Below, in pieces: positions 39,172 through 49,000 of a DNA stretch of 64,000 nt. The position numbers were made by a program, and so were the translations under genes. Under the pieces are notes generated by a model. The model was given only the letters and a program-made list of their open reading frames with translations, did not search any database and had not been told where the DNA came from. Numbering within the stretch: position 1 is the stretch's first letter; every line of letters begins with the position of its first letter. Source of the DNA: Dehalococcoidia bacterium (GTDB lineage: Bacteria; Chloroflexota; Dehalococcoidia; GIF9; UBA5629); NCBI GenBank assembly GCA_034429715.1, contig DAOUFR010000112.1, positions 3,242-67,241 on the forward strand. The letters are read 5' to 3'.

Positions 39172-40644
39172 TTATTTAACGTAGAACCTGGGCCTGATCC
39201 TGGTCCAGAAGGACGGACAGGCCATGACCCTTGGATTTTTTCCTACTACTTTCTCTGCTATTTTCATGGCTTCACCGAAATCTCGAGCGGGAGTGCAGCC
39301 TACATCACGCACCGCGCCGGGGCCACCGGTGCCGCTGACTTGTACCTGAGCCAGCGGATTGTCCATGCCCGGCACACCCGCCATAATGATCTTATTGGCC
39401 TGGTTAAGGGCATACTCGCTCTCATACATCAGCCAGAAGCCGTGCACGGGCGCGTAGGCATGCCCATGCCTGTATTTAAAAATGAGGTCTTCGCGGTACA
39501 TGAACTCCTCTTCATAAACGGATAGCTCCCGCATTGAGAAGCAGTTACGGTAAAGGTCGAGTATCTCCGAATAAGACGGGTGCGACCTCTCGTCTATAGT
39601 GCCGTCGCAATGAGCCAGCGCGATGACAACACCGCCTTCTCTCAGCAATGGTTTATTGACCCACATCCGTACGGGGGCGCACGCCGCAGCCAGCGCTATG
39701 AGAGGATTGCTGGTCTCACCGTAAAGCGAGTAACGCGGTACACCGTAGATAAGCACATCGGCCTGCGGCACCTCCATATGATAGATGCTTTCGGCAAATT
39801 TCCAGGTAGGTTCGTTGATCTCAGGCGAATAACCTGCAAAAACCCCGGCCGGAGCGCCACCTGCGGTGGGGACGACATCCACATAAAATACACGCTTTCC
39901 GGTGAATTTTTCGATCTGAGCCATGACCGCTTCCTTGTGAGCGCGATACATCATGGTATGCTGGTTGCCGTGGCAGGAATCAGGATGGCCTACCACCGGA
40001 AAACCGTGCGTTGATGTCATACTGCGCGTGCTGGGAAAACCGATTATCACGCCGGTACCCGTCATACCACCCCAGTTCGAAACTACCACAGTGCCTGTAT
40101 AAATAAAAAGGTCGGAATCCTGCAACGCCCTGTTGTACTCCACATAATCACCCATAGCAGATGTGCCCATATATACGAGGTTCTCTGTGTCATGGCAATC
40201 ATGGTTGATAATTCTTGAGGCGCTTCCGGGCGGCGCAAACCTGTCATAGATGGCCGGCCCCAGGTAAGCCCTCAACTGAATGTCGGTCCATTTGCAGTGA
40301 TTGCCGCTACCGCATAGAAAATATATATTTTCTTCTTTCACACCGGCCTTAAGAAGCTCTTCTATCAGAATGGGGATAATCATCTGCCGCGGTTTCCCCG
40401 GCCGGGATGGGTCATCAAAACCGATGGTAACCTTGCCGTTACGCGCCTTTTGGGCCAGCTCGGACAGGGGCGGCGCGCCTACCGGCTTCGCAATAGCATC
40501 ACGTATGGCTTTTTCGGGGTCCTGTAAGGCTGGAGGATTGGGGATCTCTCCCACCACTGTTTCTCCCGGCACCTCAATGTCTATCTTCTTATCCCAATAG
40601 TCTGCCTGGATTGTTTTATTGCTCACCGTTATCCTCCTTAACAA
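39172..40644 (-). CDS. LarA-like protein (DUF2088 N-terminal domain; nickel-pincer-dependent racemase/epimerase family).
   Basis: 490 aa. Has the N-terminal GKVTIGFDDPSRP and the internal Gly/His-rich blocks typical of lactate racemase LarA homologs. No larB, larC or larE genes are in the window. Confidence 0.55.
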   Translation of the reverse strand: MLRRITVSNKTIQADYWDKKIDIEVPGETVVGEIPNPPALQDPEKAIRDAIAKPVGAPPLSELAQKARNGKVTIGFDDPSRPGKPRQMIIPILIEELLKAGVKEENIYFLCGSGNHCKWTDIQLRAYLGPAIYDRFAPPGSASRIINHDCHDTENLVYMGTSAMGDYVEYNRALQDSDLFIYTGTVVVSNWGGMTGTGVIIGFPSTRSMTSTHGFPVVGHPDSCHGNQHTMMYRAHKEAVMAQIEKFTGKRVFYVDVVPTAGGAPAGVFAGYSPEINEPTWKFAESIYHMEVPQADVLIYGVPRYSLYGETSNPLIALAAACAPVRMWVNKPLLREGGVVIALAHCDGTIDERSHPSYSEILDLYRNCFSMRELSVYEEEFMYREDLIFKYRHGHAYAPVHGFWLMYESEYALNQANKIIMAGVPGMDNPLAQVQVSGTGGPGAVRDVGCTPARDFGEAMKIAEKVVGKNPRVMACPSFWTRIRPRFYVK

Positions 40645-40746
40645 TTAAAATCGATCTTGATTTATCTATTGATCAGATTCAAAGACGGCTTCATAATATC
40701 ACAGCTATAATTTCAGTCCAAACCACTGTTCTTCTATCACCGGCAT

Positions 40747-40775
40747 TAGACAAATTATACAAATATTGTATAATT
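40747..40775 (+). promoter_or_regulatory. Sigma70-type promoter with an embedded perfect palindrome, and a candidate operator, upstream of the ssuA-like ABC operon.
   Basis: TAGACA, a 16-nt spacer, then TATAAT. The palindrome AATTATACAA-ATA-TTGTATAATT (40753-40775) overlaps the -10. A near-identical copy lies upstream of dsrA. Confidence 0.5.
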
Positions 40776-40824
40776 TAATCAACCCCTTGGCGACTGATAT
40801 AATTTGCTGAATCAGGTGGTGTAG

Positions 40825-41823
40825 ATGAAACTTATATTAAAGCTGCTGATGAGTTTTGTGCTGGCGTCGTTGTTATTTCTCCCCGTCAGTGGTCTGTGGG
40901 GCTGTGCGCCTGCGAAGCCGCCCTCCATACGTATCGGCTATCTGCTGGGCGATCTGCACCAGTTGCCGTTCTTTGTGGCCGAGGACAAAGGATTCTTCAC
41001 TGAGGAAGGACTGGATATCGAGGTGGTGGGTCCCTTTGAGGCAGGGCCTGCAGAGATGGATGCTCTGGCAGCCGGCCAGATCGATATGGGCTACGTCGGA
41101 ATGGCGCCTGCCGTGATGGCGGCTGCCCGCAAGATTCCACTTGCCATAGTATCGGGTGTCAATCTGGAGGGTTCCGGCCTGGTGACCCGTACAGATATAA
41201 GCAGCGTTTCCGAACTGAAGTCAAAAAAAATAGCAACGCCTGCGCCGGGATCGATACAATATGTAATGTTCGGGATGCTTCTGGCCGATAATGATTTAGG
41301 TTACAACGACATCGAGCTTTTCCCCGGTACCGTTAAACCCCCGGATATGCCACAGTCCCTGCAGACCGGACGCATCGACGGATACTTTGTATGGGAGCCT
41401 TTCGTAGCTAAGTCTGTTGTAGGCGGCTACGGTAAAGTCCTTGTGGAATCAAAGGATATCTGGCCCGGTCATCCCTGCTGTGTGATAGTGGCAGGGGGTG
41501 ATTTCATCCGTTCTCAGGATAGCGTTGTAGCTGCGGTAATACGTGCGCATCGCAGGGCTATTGATTATATAGCGGCCAACCCGGACGAAGCCAAAGCTAT
41601 TGCCAGCAAATGGACCAAACTGGATTCCGCCGTTATCGATAACGCTTTCCAACGGGTAAAATACACCTATTCTCTTAATAAGGACGATGTCAAGAAATTT
41701 GTTGGGGACATCATTAATCTTGGTGAGACAGGAGCGATCAAGCCGATAATAACAACTGCTGATGTCCCGGATTTAGATAAGTTTGTCGAGATGGTAGTAG
41801 ATACCAAATATATTCAGAGGTGA
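40825..41823 (+). CDS. ABC transporter substrate-binding protein of the NitT/TauT family (aliphatic sulfonate/taurine/nitrate type).
   Basis: Signal peptide with lipobox-like LWGCAP. The overall SsuA/TauA-like fold is shared with the NMT1 family. Confidence 0.75.
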   Translation: MKLILKLLMSFVLASLLFLPVSGLWGCAPAKPPSIRIGYLLGDLHQLPFFVAEDKGFFTEEGLDIEVVGPFEAGPAEMDALAAGQIDMGYVGMAPAVMAAARKIPLAIVSGVNLEGSGLVTRTDISSVSELKSKKIATPAPGSIQYVMFGMLLADNDLGYNDIELFPGTVKPPDMPQSLQTGRIDGYFVWEPFVAKSVVGGYGKVLVESKDIWPGHPCCVIVAGGDFIRSQDSVVAAVIRAHRRAIDYIAANPDEAKAIASKWTKLDSAVIDNAFQRVKYTYSLNKDDVKKFVGDIINLGETGAIKPIITTADVPDLDKFVEMVVDTKYIQR

Positions 41824-41866
41824 GGCCACGCGTCCTTTACGACTAATTTCGATCCTCCTGTTCCTG

Positions 41867-42592
41867 GTGATCTGGGAAGCGGCAGCCCTCCTGGCCAATA
41901 TACCGCAGCTTTTTCCGACTCCTGTTGCCGTAATTATCGCCCTCGGACAGCTGTTTGTCGCACCCGGTCCTCCCGGATTGTCATGGGCCGGCGAATTAAT
42001 GGGGAATACACTAATCAGCCTCTGGAGGGTCATGGTCGGTTTTGCGCTGGCGGGAGTGACGGGAATATTGCTGGGCATCATCATCGGCTGGTGGCGAAAT
42101 GCCCGAGACCTGCTGGAGCCGATCATAGAGCTGCTGCGCCCTATCCCGCCACTGGCCTGGATACCGCTGGCCATGCTGTGGTTTGGACTGGGTTTCAAGC
42201 CTGCGGTCTTCCTGATCTGGCTGGGCGCCTTTTTCCCGATTTTGCTCAATACGGTGCTCGGCATGGAGAGCACGCCCAACAAGCTGGTGGAGGTAGCTAA
42301 AACGCTTGGCGCCGGACCCTGGCAGATACTGTTTAAGGTCGGTTTGCCGTCGGCGGCCCCCTCCATCATGGCAGGCCTGCGCATCGGTATCGGGATAGGG
42401 TGGATGTGCCTGGTCGCGGCTGAACTGACAGGTTCCAACTCCGGACTGGGTTACATGATAATGTACTACTACTCGACCATGGAAGCATCAAAGACAGTTG
42501 CAGGCATGCTGATGATCGGTATCGTGGGCTTTCTGATGTTCATCGGACTCAAAAATCTCGAGGATAAAATCCTGTTCTGGAAGGCGACATGA
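41867..42592 (+). CDS. ABC transporter permease (SsuC/TauC-like).
   Basis: Binding-protein-dependent transport inner-membrane component, with the EAA-like motif region (AKTLGAGPWQILFKVGLP). The first canonical start is GTG 41867. The frame is open upstream to 41801, so the true N-terminus is uncertain. Confidence 0.75.
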   Translation: MIWEAAALLANIPQLFPTPVAVIIALGQLFVAPGPPGLSWAGELMGNTLISLWRVMVGFALAGVTGILLGIIIGWWRNARDLLEPIIELLRPIPPLAWIPLAMLWFGLGFKPAVFLIWLGAFFPILLNTVLGMESTPNKLVEVAKTLGAGPWQILFKVGLPSAAPSIMAGLRIGIGIGWMCLVAAELTGSNSGLGYMIMYYYSTMEASKTVAGMLMIGIVGFLMFIGLKNLEDKILFWKAT

Positions 42593-43353
42593 GCGGGAAA
42601 AAACTCATCATCGAACGCGTCACGAAAACCTTTATCGAGAAAAAAGGGGGCACATCCACTATGGCCCTGCGCGAATTCAGCCTGGAAATTGAACAAGGCG
42701 AGTTTGTCTGCCTGGTTGGCCCCTCCGGATGCGGTAAGACCACGCTGCTCAAGCTCGTTGCCGGTCTCGAACAGGCCAGTTCAGGCTCTATTTATCTCGA
42801 TGGGAACCCGGTAACCGGGCCGGGCCGTGAGAGGGGACTGGTCTTTCAGGATTTCGCATTGTTCCCCTGGAGGGATGTCCGAGACAATGTGGCCTTCGGT
42901 CCGGAGGTTCTCAAAGTACCGCTCTCTGAGCGACTGCGAATCGCTGAACACTGCATCGATCTCGTTGGATTGTCCGGCAGCAGTCACAAGTACCCTTCTG
43001 AGCTTTCCGGAGGCATGAAGCAACGTGTGGCCATCGCACGCGCCCTGGCCAACAGTCCGGAAGTGCTGCTGATGGATGAGCCATTCGGTTCGCTTGACGC
43101 ACAAACACGCAACCAGATGCAGAACGAGTTACTACGTATCTGGCAGGATAATAAAAAGGCCGTAGTCTTCGTCACACACAGTGTAGAAGAGGCGGTTTAC
43201 CTCTCAAACCGGATTGTGGTGATGACAGGCAGCCCGGGAACAGTTAAGCAGATCTACACTGTGGAGCTTTCCTATCCACGCTCGCGCGCCGACCATGGTT
43301 TTATCTCCCTTCGCGAGAAAATAACAGGCTGCATGGCCGAAGAGTGCAGGTAA
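42589..43353 (+). CDS. ABC transporter ATP-binding protein (SsuB/TauB-like).
   Basis: Walker A GPSGCGKTT, signature LSGGMKQR, Walker B LLMDEPF. Its start overlaps the permease stop by 4 nt. Confidence 0.85.
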   Translation: MSGKKLIIERVTKTFIEKKGGTSTMALREFSLEIEQGEFVCLVGPSGCGKTTLLKLVAGLEQASSGSIYLDGNPVTGPGRERGLVFQDFALFPWRDVRDNVAFGPEVLKVPLSERLRIAEHCIDLVGLSGSSHKYPSELSGGMKQRVAIARALANSPEVLLMDEPFGSLDAQTRNQMQNELLRIWQDNKKAVVFVTHSVEEAVYLSNRIVVMTGSPGTVKQIYTVELSYPRSRADHGFISLREKITGCMAEECR

Positions 43354-43487
43354 AAGCAAAATAGTCTATTATTACTTAGGTCAATGATATCGGGCAGGAG
43401 GTGTAAATATAGTTGCATTCACTTCGGTTGACTGTCCTATTGCTGGATCGCCAGTTCATCTCAAATTTAATGCTCGGAGGTTAGAAC

Positions 43488-44750
43488 TTGGATAGCACTA
43501 AGAGTAAAGCAGTACCGGTAATTCCGCCCAGAAGCCGCGGCTATATCGCATACTTAGCCGTGCTCATGACCATCGTCGCCCTCATGGACTGGTATATATC
43601 CACGATCAAAATGACCGCTCTTCCTTATATACTTAAGGAATACAATTTAACCGCCGCCCAATTTTCATGGACCGAGTCACTTTTCCTGATCCCAACTTTC
43701 CTTGTATTCTTGCTTAACGGGCTGAACGATATTATCGGCAGGAAGTGGTCGGTTTTCATTCTGATGCTGCTCATGGGAACTTCGTGCATTTGCATAGTGT
43801 ATTTCACACCGTCATTCTTAATGTTTATGACATTTTACGCTGTTGCCATGCTCACGACCGTCTCCAATATGTGGGCCATTCCCATCGGCGAGGAGGCGAA
43901 GGCTGCCAACCGCGGCAAGATGGTCGCCCTTGTATATACAATCGGTATGATCCCCCTGAGCGCACTATTACCGTCCCTTCTCGTTGATAAGCTGGGATTG
44001 GACTGGAGATGGATGTACGGCGTGATGTTCGTCATGATGATGATCGGCATTGTACTGTGGTTTTTTATGAAGGAAACAGCCAGGTACGAACAGATTAAGG
44101 CCGAACGCAAAGCCGGCACCCGTAAGGAGCATATCTTCGGTGTGGGAGTTATCACAAAAGGCGATATAAAATACATTGCTATCGGCGCACTGATGTGGAT
44201 ATGCTGGCTGCTCGACCAGTTTCTCTTTTTCTGGGCAGGACATTATTTCATGGATATCAAAGGTTTAACCCTGCAGCAGTGGACTTACGGGGTACTGCTG
44301 TTGGCCATGTTAGGCACGATAGCCGGCGGCCTTATTGCTGGCTGGTTACTGGATAAGATCGGCAGGAAGGTAACATGGTTCATCGGGTGCCTGGGCATGG
44401 CAATTTCCATGGCACCTATAGGTTTCCTTCCGGATTCACTGGTACGCATTGCGGTTATCTCTGGCGGCTTCTTCATGGGTTTTTCCTACGCATGGATTGT
44501 AGTATTTATCCCTGAGATATTCCCCACGGATAGAAGGGGCTCCTGCCTGGGATGGACCACAACCATCACCCGCATCTCTTACGTGCTCGGTCCCGTAGTG
44601 GCAGCCGTTTTATTAACACTATCTCCCAATATGGAATGGTTCTGGGTGGTAACAGGGGCAATTATGATCATTCCGGCCGTGAGTATTCTTATAATTAAAC
44701 CCTATGAGACGAAAAACAAAGAGCTGGAAGAGATAGAGTTCAGGCTTTAG
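43488..44750 (+). CDS. MFS transporter.
   Basis: 420 aa with 12 predicted TM segments and a GRK-type loop motif (DIIGRKW). Confidence 0.7.
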   Translation: MDSTKSKAVPVIPPRSRGYIAYLAVLMTIVALMDWYISTIKMTALPYILKEYNLTAAQFSWTESLFLIPTFLVFLLNGLNDIIGRKWSVFILMLLMGTSCICIVYFTPSFLMFMTFYAVAMLTTVSNMWAIPIGEEAKAANRGKMVALVYTIGMIPLSALLPSLLVDKLGLDWRWMYGVMFVMMMIGIVLWFFMKETARYEQIKAERKAGTRKEHIFGVGVITKGDIKYIAIGALMWICWLLDQFLFFWAGHYFMDIKGLTLQQWTYGVLLLAMLGTIAGGLIAGWLLDKIGRKVTWFIGCLGMAISMAPIGFLPDSLVRIAVISGGFFMGFSYAWIVVFIPEIFPTDRRGSCLGWTTTITRISYVLGPVVAAVLLTLSPNMEWFWVVTGAIMIIPAVSILIIKPYETKNKELEEIEFRL

Positions 44751-44836
44751 CCCGGTTAATTGGATCGGTTGGCGCCAGGCAGCAGCGGGGATTTTGTTAC
44801 CTTATATAATCTCTACTACCATGGAGGGACCATAAT

Positions 44837-45787
44837 ATGAAAGGCAAAGGTAAAATAGTGTGTAACGTTGCTGTGATCGGTGCTGGAGTAATGGGTCCCG
44901 GCATCGCCCAGGTTTTCGCCCAGGCAGGTTGCCCGGTTAAAATTATTGATATCGACAAGGTAGCCTTACAGCAGGCACGAGAACGCATCGAATCAAGTGT
45001 AAGCGCGTTTAAACAAGCCGGGATTTATGGAGCGCGTAAAGCGGCCGCAACATTATCCAATATCAGTGTCACAGCAAACCTTGCGGACGGACTTAAAAAG
45101 GCCGGTTTCATCGTTGAGGCGATCGGGGAAAACATGGAGTTGAAAAGGGCTCTGTACAAGCAGGTTGAGAAGCTTGCCCCACCCTCAGCCGTTATCGCCA
45201 GCAATACCTCGACGTTCTCTATCGATGATTTGGCCAAGGGATCAAAACGGCCGGGAAGGTACATGTTAACGCACTTCGTTAATCCTCCAAATGTCATACC
45301 CCTGGTTGAAGTGGCCCGTGGAGTGCAGACTTCCGATAAAACCTACGATTTCACACTGGCTCTGCTCAAGCAGGCGGGCAAACGTCCCCTGATACTGAAG
45401 AAAATGATACCCGGACACCTAATCAACAACTTCAATTTTGCCATATTGAGCACTGCCCTGGGCTTTATGGGACAGGGCATCGCCTCTATAGAGGATATTG
45501 ACCGTGCGCTCACGGAGGCGCTCGGCCCACGTTATTCGATAATGGGTCCTTTCAAGACCATGGATTTGCTCGGCCTCAATATCATCTGGCAATCGGTGAC
45601 TTCTTTTGATCCCAACGCCCACAATGATCCGCGCATCAAAGAGTTGAAAAAATTGTACCAGGCAGGCAAGCTGGGGATGAGAACCGGGGCAGGTTTCTAT
45701 GACTACGGCGGAAAAACATACTTCGATACACTCAACCACTATAATCGCAGGATCCTAAAAGCTTATAAAACGGCACAGGAAAAATAA
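44837..45787 (+). CDS. 3-hydroxyacyl-CoA dehydrogenase family protein (NAD-binding).
   Basis: N-terminal VAVIGAGVMGPGIAQV Rossmann fold, then the 3HCDH N- and C-domains. Confidence 0.85.
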   Translation: MKGKGKIVCNVAVIGAGVMGPGIAQVFAQAGCPVKIIDIDKVALQQARERIESSVSAFKQAGIYGARKAAATLSNISVTANLADGLKKAGFIVEAIGENMELKRALYKQVEKLAPPSAVIASNTSTFSIDDLAKGSKRPGRYMLTHFVNPPNVIPLVEVARGVQTSDKTYDFTLALLKQAGKRPLILKKMIPGHLINNFNFAILSTALGFMGQGIASIEDIDRALTEALGPRYSIMGPFKTMDLLGLNIIWQSVTSFDPNAHNDPRIKELKKLYQAGKLGMRTGAGFYDYGGKTYFDTLNHYNRRILKAYKTAQEK

Positions 45788-45847
45788 TCCCGCAGCACAG
45801 GTTATTCTATAAATAGATTGATATTTAATTGACCGGTTTCAGGCATC

Positions 45848-46351
45848 ATGGAACTCTGTAGTCTGCTCGAAAAGAAAAAACCGATCATTCTTAAGAATTG
45901 GGTCGCGGCAATCCTTGGCACCTATCCCGACGATGTTGGCGCATTCTTCAAAGATGAGATGGACATGTTCGCCAACCCTGTTGGTCACACCATCATGACC
46001 AATGCTGAAAATATACTGGAAGGACTTATCAGCGGTGAGGATGCGCACACGCAATCTGTCTATATAGAGAGGATCATCCGCATTCGCGCTGTGCAGAATT
46101 TCACCACTGTCCAGGCAGTATCCTTCATCAACAGCTTAAAAACAGCAATAATCGATCAGCTTGAATCGGAGATAAGCAGGCGCAATCTCCGGGATGAATG
46201 GGATGAGTTACAGGTAACCGTGGACAGTCTTGCCCCCCTGGCTTTGGGGATATACGCAAAAACTCAGGAGAGAATTGAGCATATCCGCAGGAAAGAGATC
46301 GAGAACAACGAGAAGTTCCTGATGAGACTGATGGGAAGTCGAAATCCATGA
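45848..46351 (+). CDS. Conserved hypothetical protein immediately upstream of dsrM. Its position corresponds to dsrT in other dsrMKJOP loci.
   Basis: 167-aa soluble helical protein. Its stop overlaps the dsrM start by 4 nt. Confidence 0.45.
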   Translation: MELCSLLEKKKPIILKNWVAAILGTYPDDVGAFFKDEMDMFANPVGHTIMTNAENILEGLISGEDAHTQSVYIERIIRIRAVQNFTTVQAVSFINSLKTAIIDQLESEISRRNLRDEWDELQVTVDSLAPLALGIYAKTQERIEHIRRKEIENNEKFLMRLMGSRNP

Positions 46352-47379
46352 ATCGCACAGCTATAATACTCTACCCCCTGGCCGTGGTAACATTGCTTGT
46401 CCTGCTGTCGCTCTTGACTTTGTTTGGTAACGGCACTGAATATGTTTTCGCAATCATCATACCTTATCTGGCACTGATATCTTTTTTCACAGGTATCATT
46501 TACAGGGTTGTACGCTGGGCGCAGTCGCCCGTCCCCTTCAATATACCCACAGTTTCCGGTCAGGAAAAGTCACTCCCCTGGATCAGAGCCGATAGAATTG
46601 AAAGCCCTTCCAATAACTGGGCTGCGGCCTGGCGTATGTTGCTGGAGATGCTGCTCTTCCGATCTCTATTCCGCAATAATAATATGCAGCAGGCAGGCAG
46701 GCACCGGCTGATCTACGGCGGCAGCCGCTGGCTCTGGCTGGGTGGACTGGCCTTCCACTGGTCACTGTTCATAATCCTCATACGTCACCTGCGTTATTTT
46801 ACGGAACCTGTCTTCCCACCATCAATATGGATCGCCACGATCGACGGATTTCTGCAGTTGGCTCTACCTGCTCTTTTCATCACCGATTTCATCATACTCA
46901 CCGCAGTATCGTATTTATTAGTGAGGAGACTGGTCTCTGCACGGGTCAGGTATATATCTCTCGCTCCGGATTACCTGGCCCTTTTTCTTATCCTCGCAGT
47001 GGTGATCTCGGGCATTCTTATGCGCTCCGTATTTAAGGTAGACCTTGTCGCAGTCAAGGAGTTGGCGATCAGCGTGATCACTTTCAGACCGGCGGTCCCC
47101 GCCGGCATCGGCCTTCCTTTCTATATCCACCTGCTGCTCGTTTGCACATTAATAGCCTATTTCCCTTTCAGCAAAATGATACACGCTGCCGGCATACTCC
47201 TCAGCCCCACACGCAGCTTAAAGAACGACAGCCGAAGGGTGAGGCATGTTAATCCCTGGAACCGCCCGGTCAGGGTGCATACTTATACCGAATACGAAGA
47301 CGAGTTCAGACAGCCCATGATCAAGGCAGGTATTCCCGTTGACATAAATACTGCTGCGGGGAGCAATGATGGCAGATAA
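46348..47379 (+). CDS. dsrM: DsrM, the NarI-like membrane dihaem cytochrome b of the DsrMKJOP complex.
   Basis: 343 aa and multi-TM. Has the His-containing TM motif GGLAFHWSLFIILIRHLRYF. It is followed directly by dsrK. Confidence 0.8.
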   Translation: MNRTAIILYPLAVVTLLVLLSLLTLFGNGTEYVFAIIIPYLALISFFTGIIYRVVRWAQSPVPFNIPTVSGQEKSLPWIRADRIESPSNNWAAAWRMLLEMLLFRSLFRNNNMQQAGRHRLIYGGSRWLWLGGLAFHWSLFIILIRHLRYFTEPVFPPSIWIATIDGFLQLALPALFITDFIILTAVSYLLVRRLVSARVRYISLAPDYLALFLILAVVISGILMRSVFKVDLVAVKELAISVITFRPAVPAGIGLPFYIHLLLVCTLIAYFPFSKMIHAAGILLSPTRSLKNDSRRVRHVNPWNRPVRVHTYTEYEDEFRQPMIKAGIPVDINTAAGSNDGR

Positions 47380-49000
47380 GTTAAACAGGCCCGAAGAGAC
47401 GGCCAGCATCGATTACCATCCTCCCCACCGGAACTGGATGGACCCGTCCGTTGAATTCACAAAGGGTTCCTACTGCTATGCAGCACCTCTCAAGAACCAG
47501 GAGCAATTAGAACTGCCCAATCCACGCCAGTGGAATCCGCTGGATCCTGACTGGAAACTGCCCCCGGACTATAAACGGATTATTCTAAACGGTATGAAAG
47601 AGCGTCTGGACAAATACCGTTCCTGGAAATTATTTCTTGATATTTGCGTGCGCTGTGGAGCCTGCTCCGATAAGTGCCACTATTTCATCGGGTCGGGTGA
47701 TCCCAAAAACATGCCGGTCATGAGGGCTGAATTGTTGCGCTCGGTATACCGCCGGTATTTCACCATCGGGGGCAGGCTCCTGGGTAAGCTGGCCGGCGCC
47801 AGGGACCTGAACGAGCAGATCATTAAGGAGTGGTATTACTACTTCTATCAGTGTTCGGAGTGCCGGCGCTGCTCCGTCTTCTGTCCTTACGGCATCGATA
47901 CGTGCGAGATCACCATGATGGGACGCGAGCTTCTGAACCTGGTAGGCTGCACCACCGAATGGGTGGTCGGACCGGCGTCCAATTCATTCCGTACGGGCAA
48001 TCATGTGGGTATACCCCCGCATGCCATGAAACAAAGCCTTGAATCGGCGCAGGATGATATTAAGACCATCACCGGCATTGAAGTGGATGTACCCATTAAT
48101 AAAAAAGGCGCCGAGATCCTTTTTGTCACCCCGTCAGCCGATTTCTTCGCCAGCCCGGCCTGGTACACGCTGATGGGCTACCTCATGCTGTTCCACGAGA
48201 TCGGGCTGGATTATACGTTCAGCACCTATGCCTCAGAGGGAGGAAATTTCGGACTTTTCCACTCGTCCGAGCTGGCCAAAAGCCTTAACGCAAAAATATA
48301 CGCTGAAGCCGAGCGGCTGAAGGTAAAATGGGTGTTGGGAGGAGAATGCGGCCATATGTGGAGAGTTATACATCAATACATGGATACCTTCAACGGCCCG
48401 CCGTCGTTTCTCGAGGAGCCGGTCTCGCCCGTAACCGGTACTAAATTCGATAACGCCGGATCGACTAAAATGGTCCATATCTGCGAGTTCACCGCAGACC
48501 TGATACACTATGGCAAGCTGAAGCTGGACCCCGGGCGCAATGACAAGTGGAAAGTGACCTACCACGATTCCTGTAACCCGGCTCGGGCCATGGGCCTATT
48601 CGAGGAGCCCCGCTATATCATCAACCACACCTGCAACCATTTTTACGAGATGCCGGAGAATACCATCAGGGAGCGCACTTTCTGCTGCGGCAGCGGAGCC
48701 GGCCTTGGACCCGATGAGAACCTGGAGGTGCGGTTACGCGGCGGTTACCCGCGTGCCAACGCAGTACAGTATGTGCAAGAAAAACACGGCGTCAATCTAT
48801 TGGCCTGCATCTGCGCCATAGACAAAGCTTCGTTCCCGCCTCTACTGGAATACTGGGTGCCCGGCGTGGAAACGGCCGGTGTGCATGAACTGCTTGGCAA
48901 CGCACTCATCATGCAAGGCGAAAAACAGAGGGAAACAGATTTGAGGGGTGAGACTCTAACAGCAAACACATCTTCAGAAGGCGGCCGGGACAGTGTATGA
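47366..49000 (+). CDS. dsrK: DsrK, the HdrD-like catalytic Fe-S subunit with CCG domains.
   Basis: Ferredoxin-type CVRCGACSDKC and CSECRRCSVFCPYG, plus C-terminal Cys-rich CCG motifs (CCGSGAG). It overlaps dsrM by 14 nt. Confidence 0.85.
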   Translation: MMADKLNRPEETASIDYHPPHRNWMDPSVEFTKGSYCYAAPLKNQEQLELPNPRQWNPLDPDWKLPPDYKRIILNGMKERLDKYRSWKLFLDICVRCGACSDKCHYFIGSGDPKNMPVMRAELLRSVYRRYFTIGGRLLGKLAGARDLNEQIIKEWYYYFYQCSECRRCSVFCPYGIDTCEITMMGRELLNLVGCTTEWVVGPASNSFRTGNHVGIPPHAMKQSLESAQDDIKTITGIEVDVPINKKGAEILFVTPSADFFASPAWYTLMGYLMLFHEIGLDYTFSTYASEGGNFGLFHSSELAKSLNAKIYAEAERLKVKWVLGGECGHMWRVIHQYMDTFNGPPSFLEEPVSPVTGTKFDNAGSTKMVHICEFTADLIHYGKLKLDPGRNDKWKVTYHDSCNPARAMGLFEEPRYIINHTCNHFYEMPENTIRERTFCCGSGAGLGPDENLEVRLRGGYPRANAVQYVQEKHGVNLLACICAIDKASFPPLLEYWVPGVETAGVHELLGNALIMQGEKQRETDLRGETLTANTSSEGGRDSV

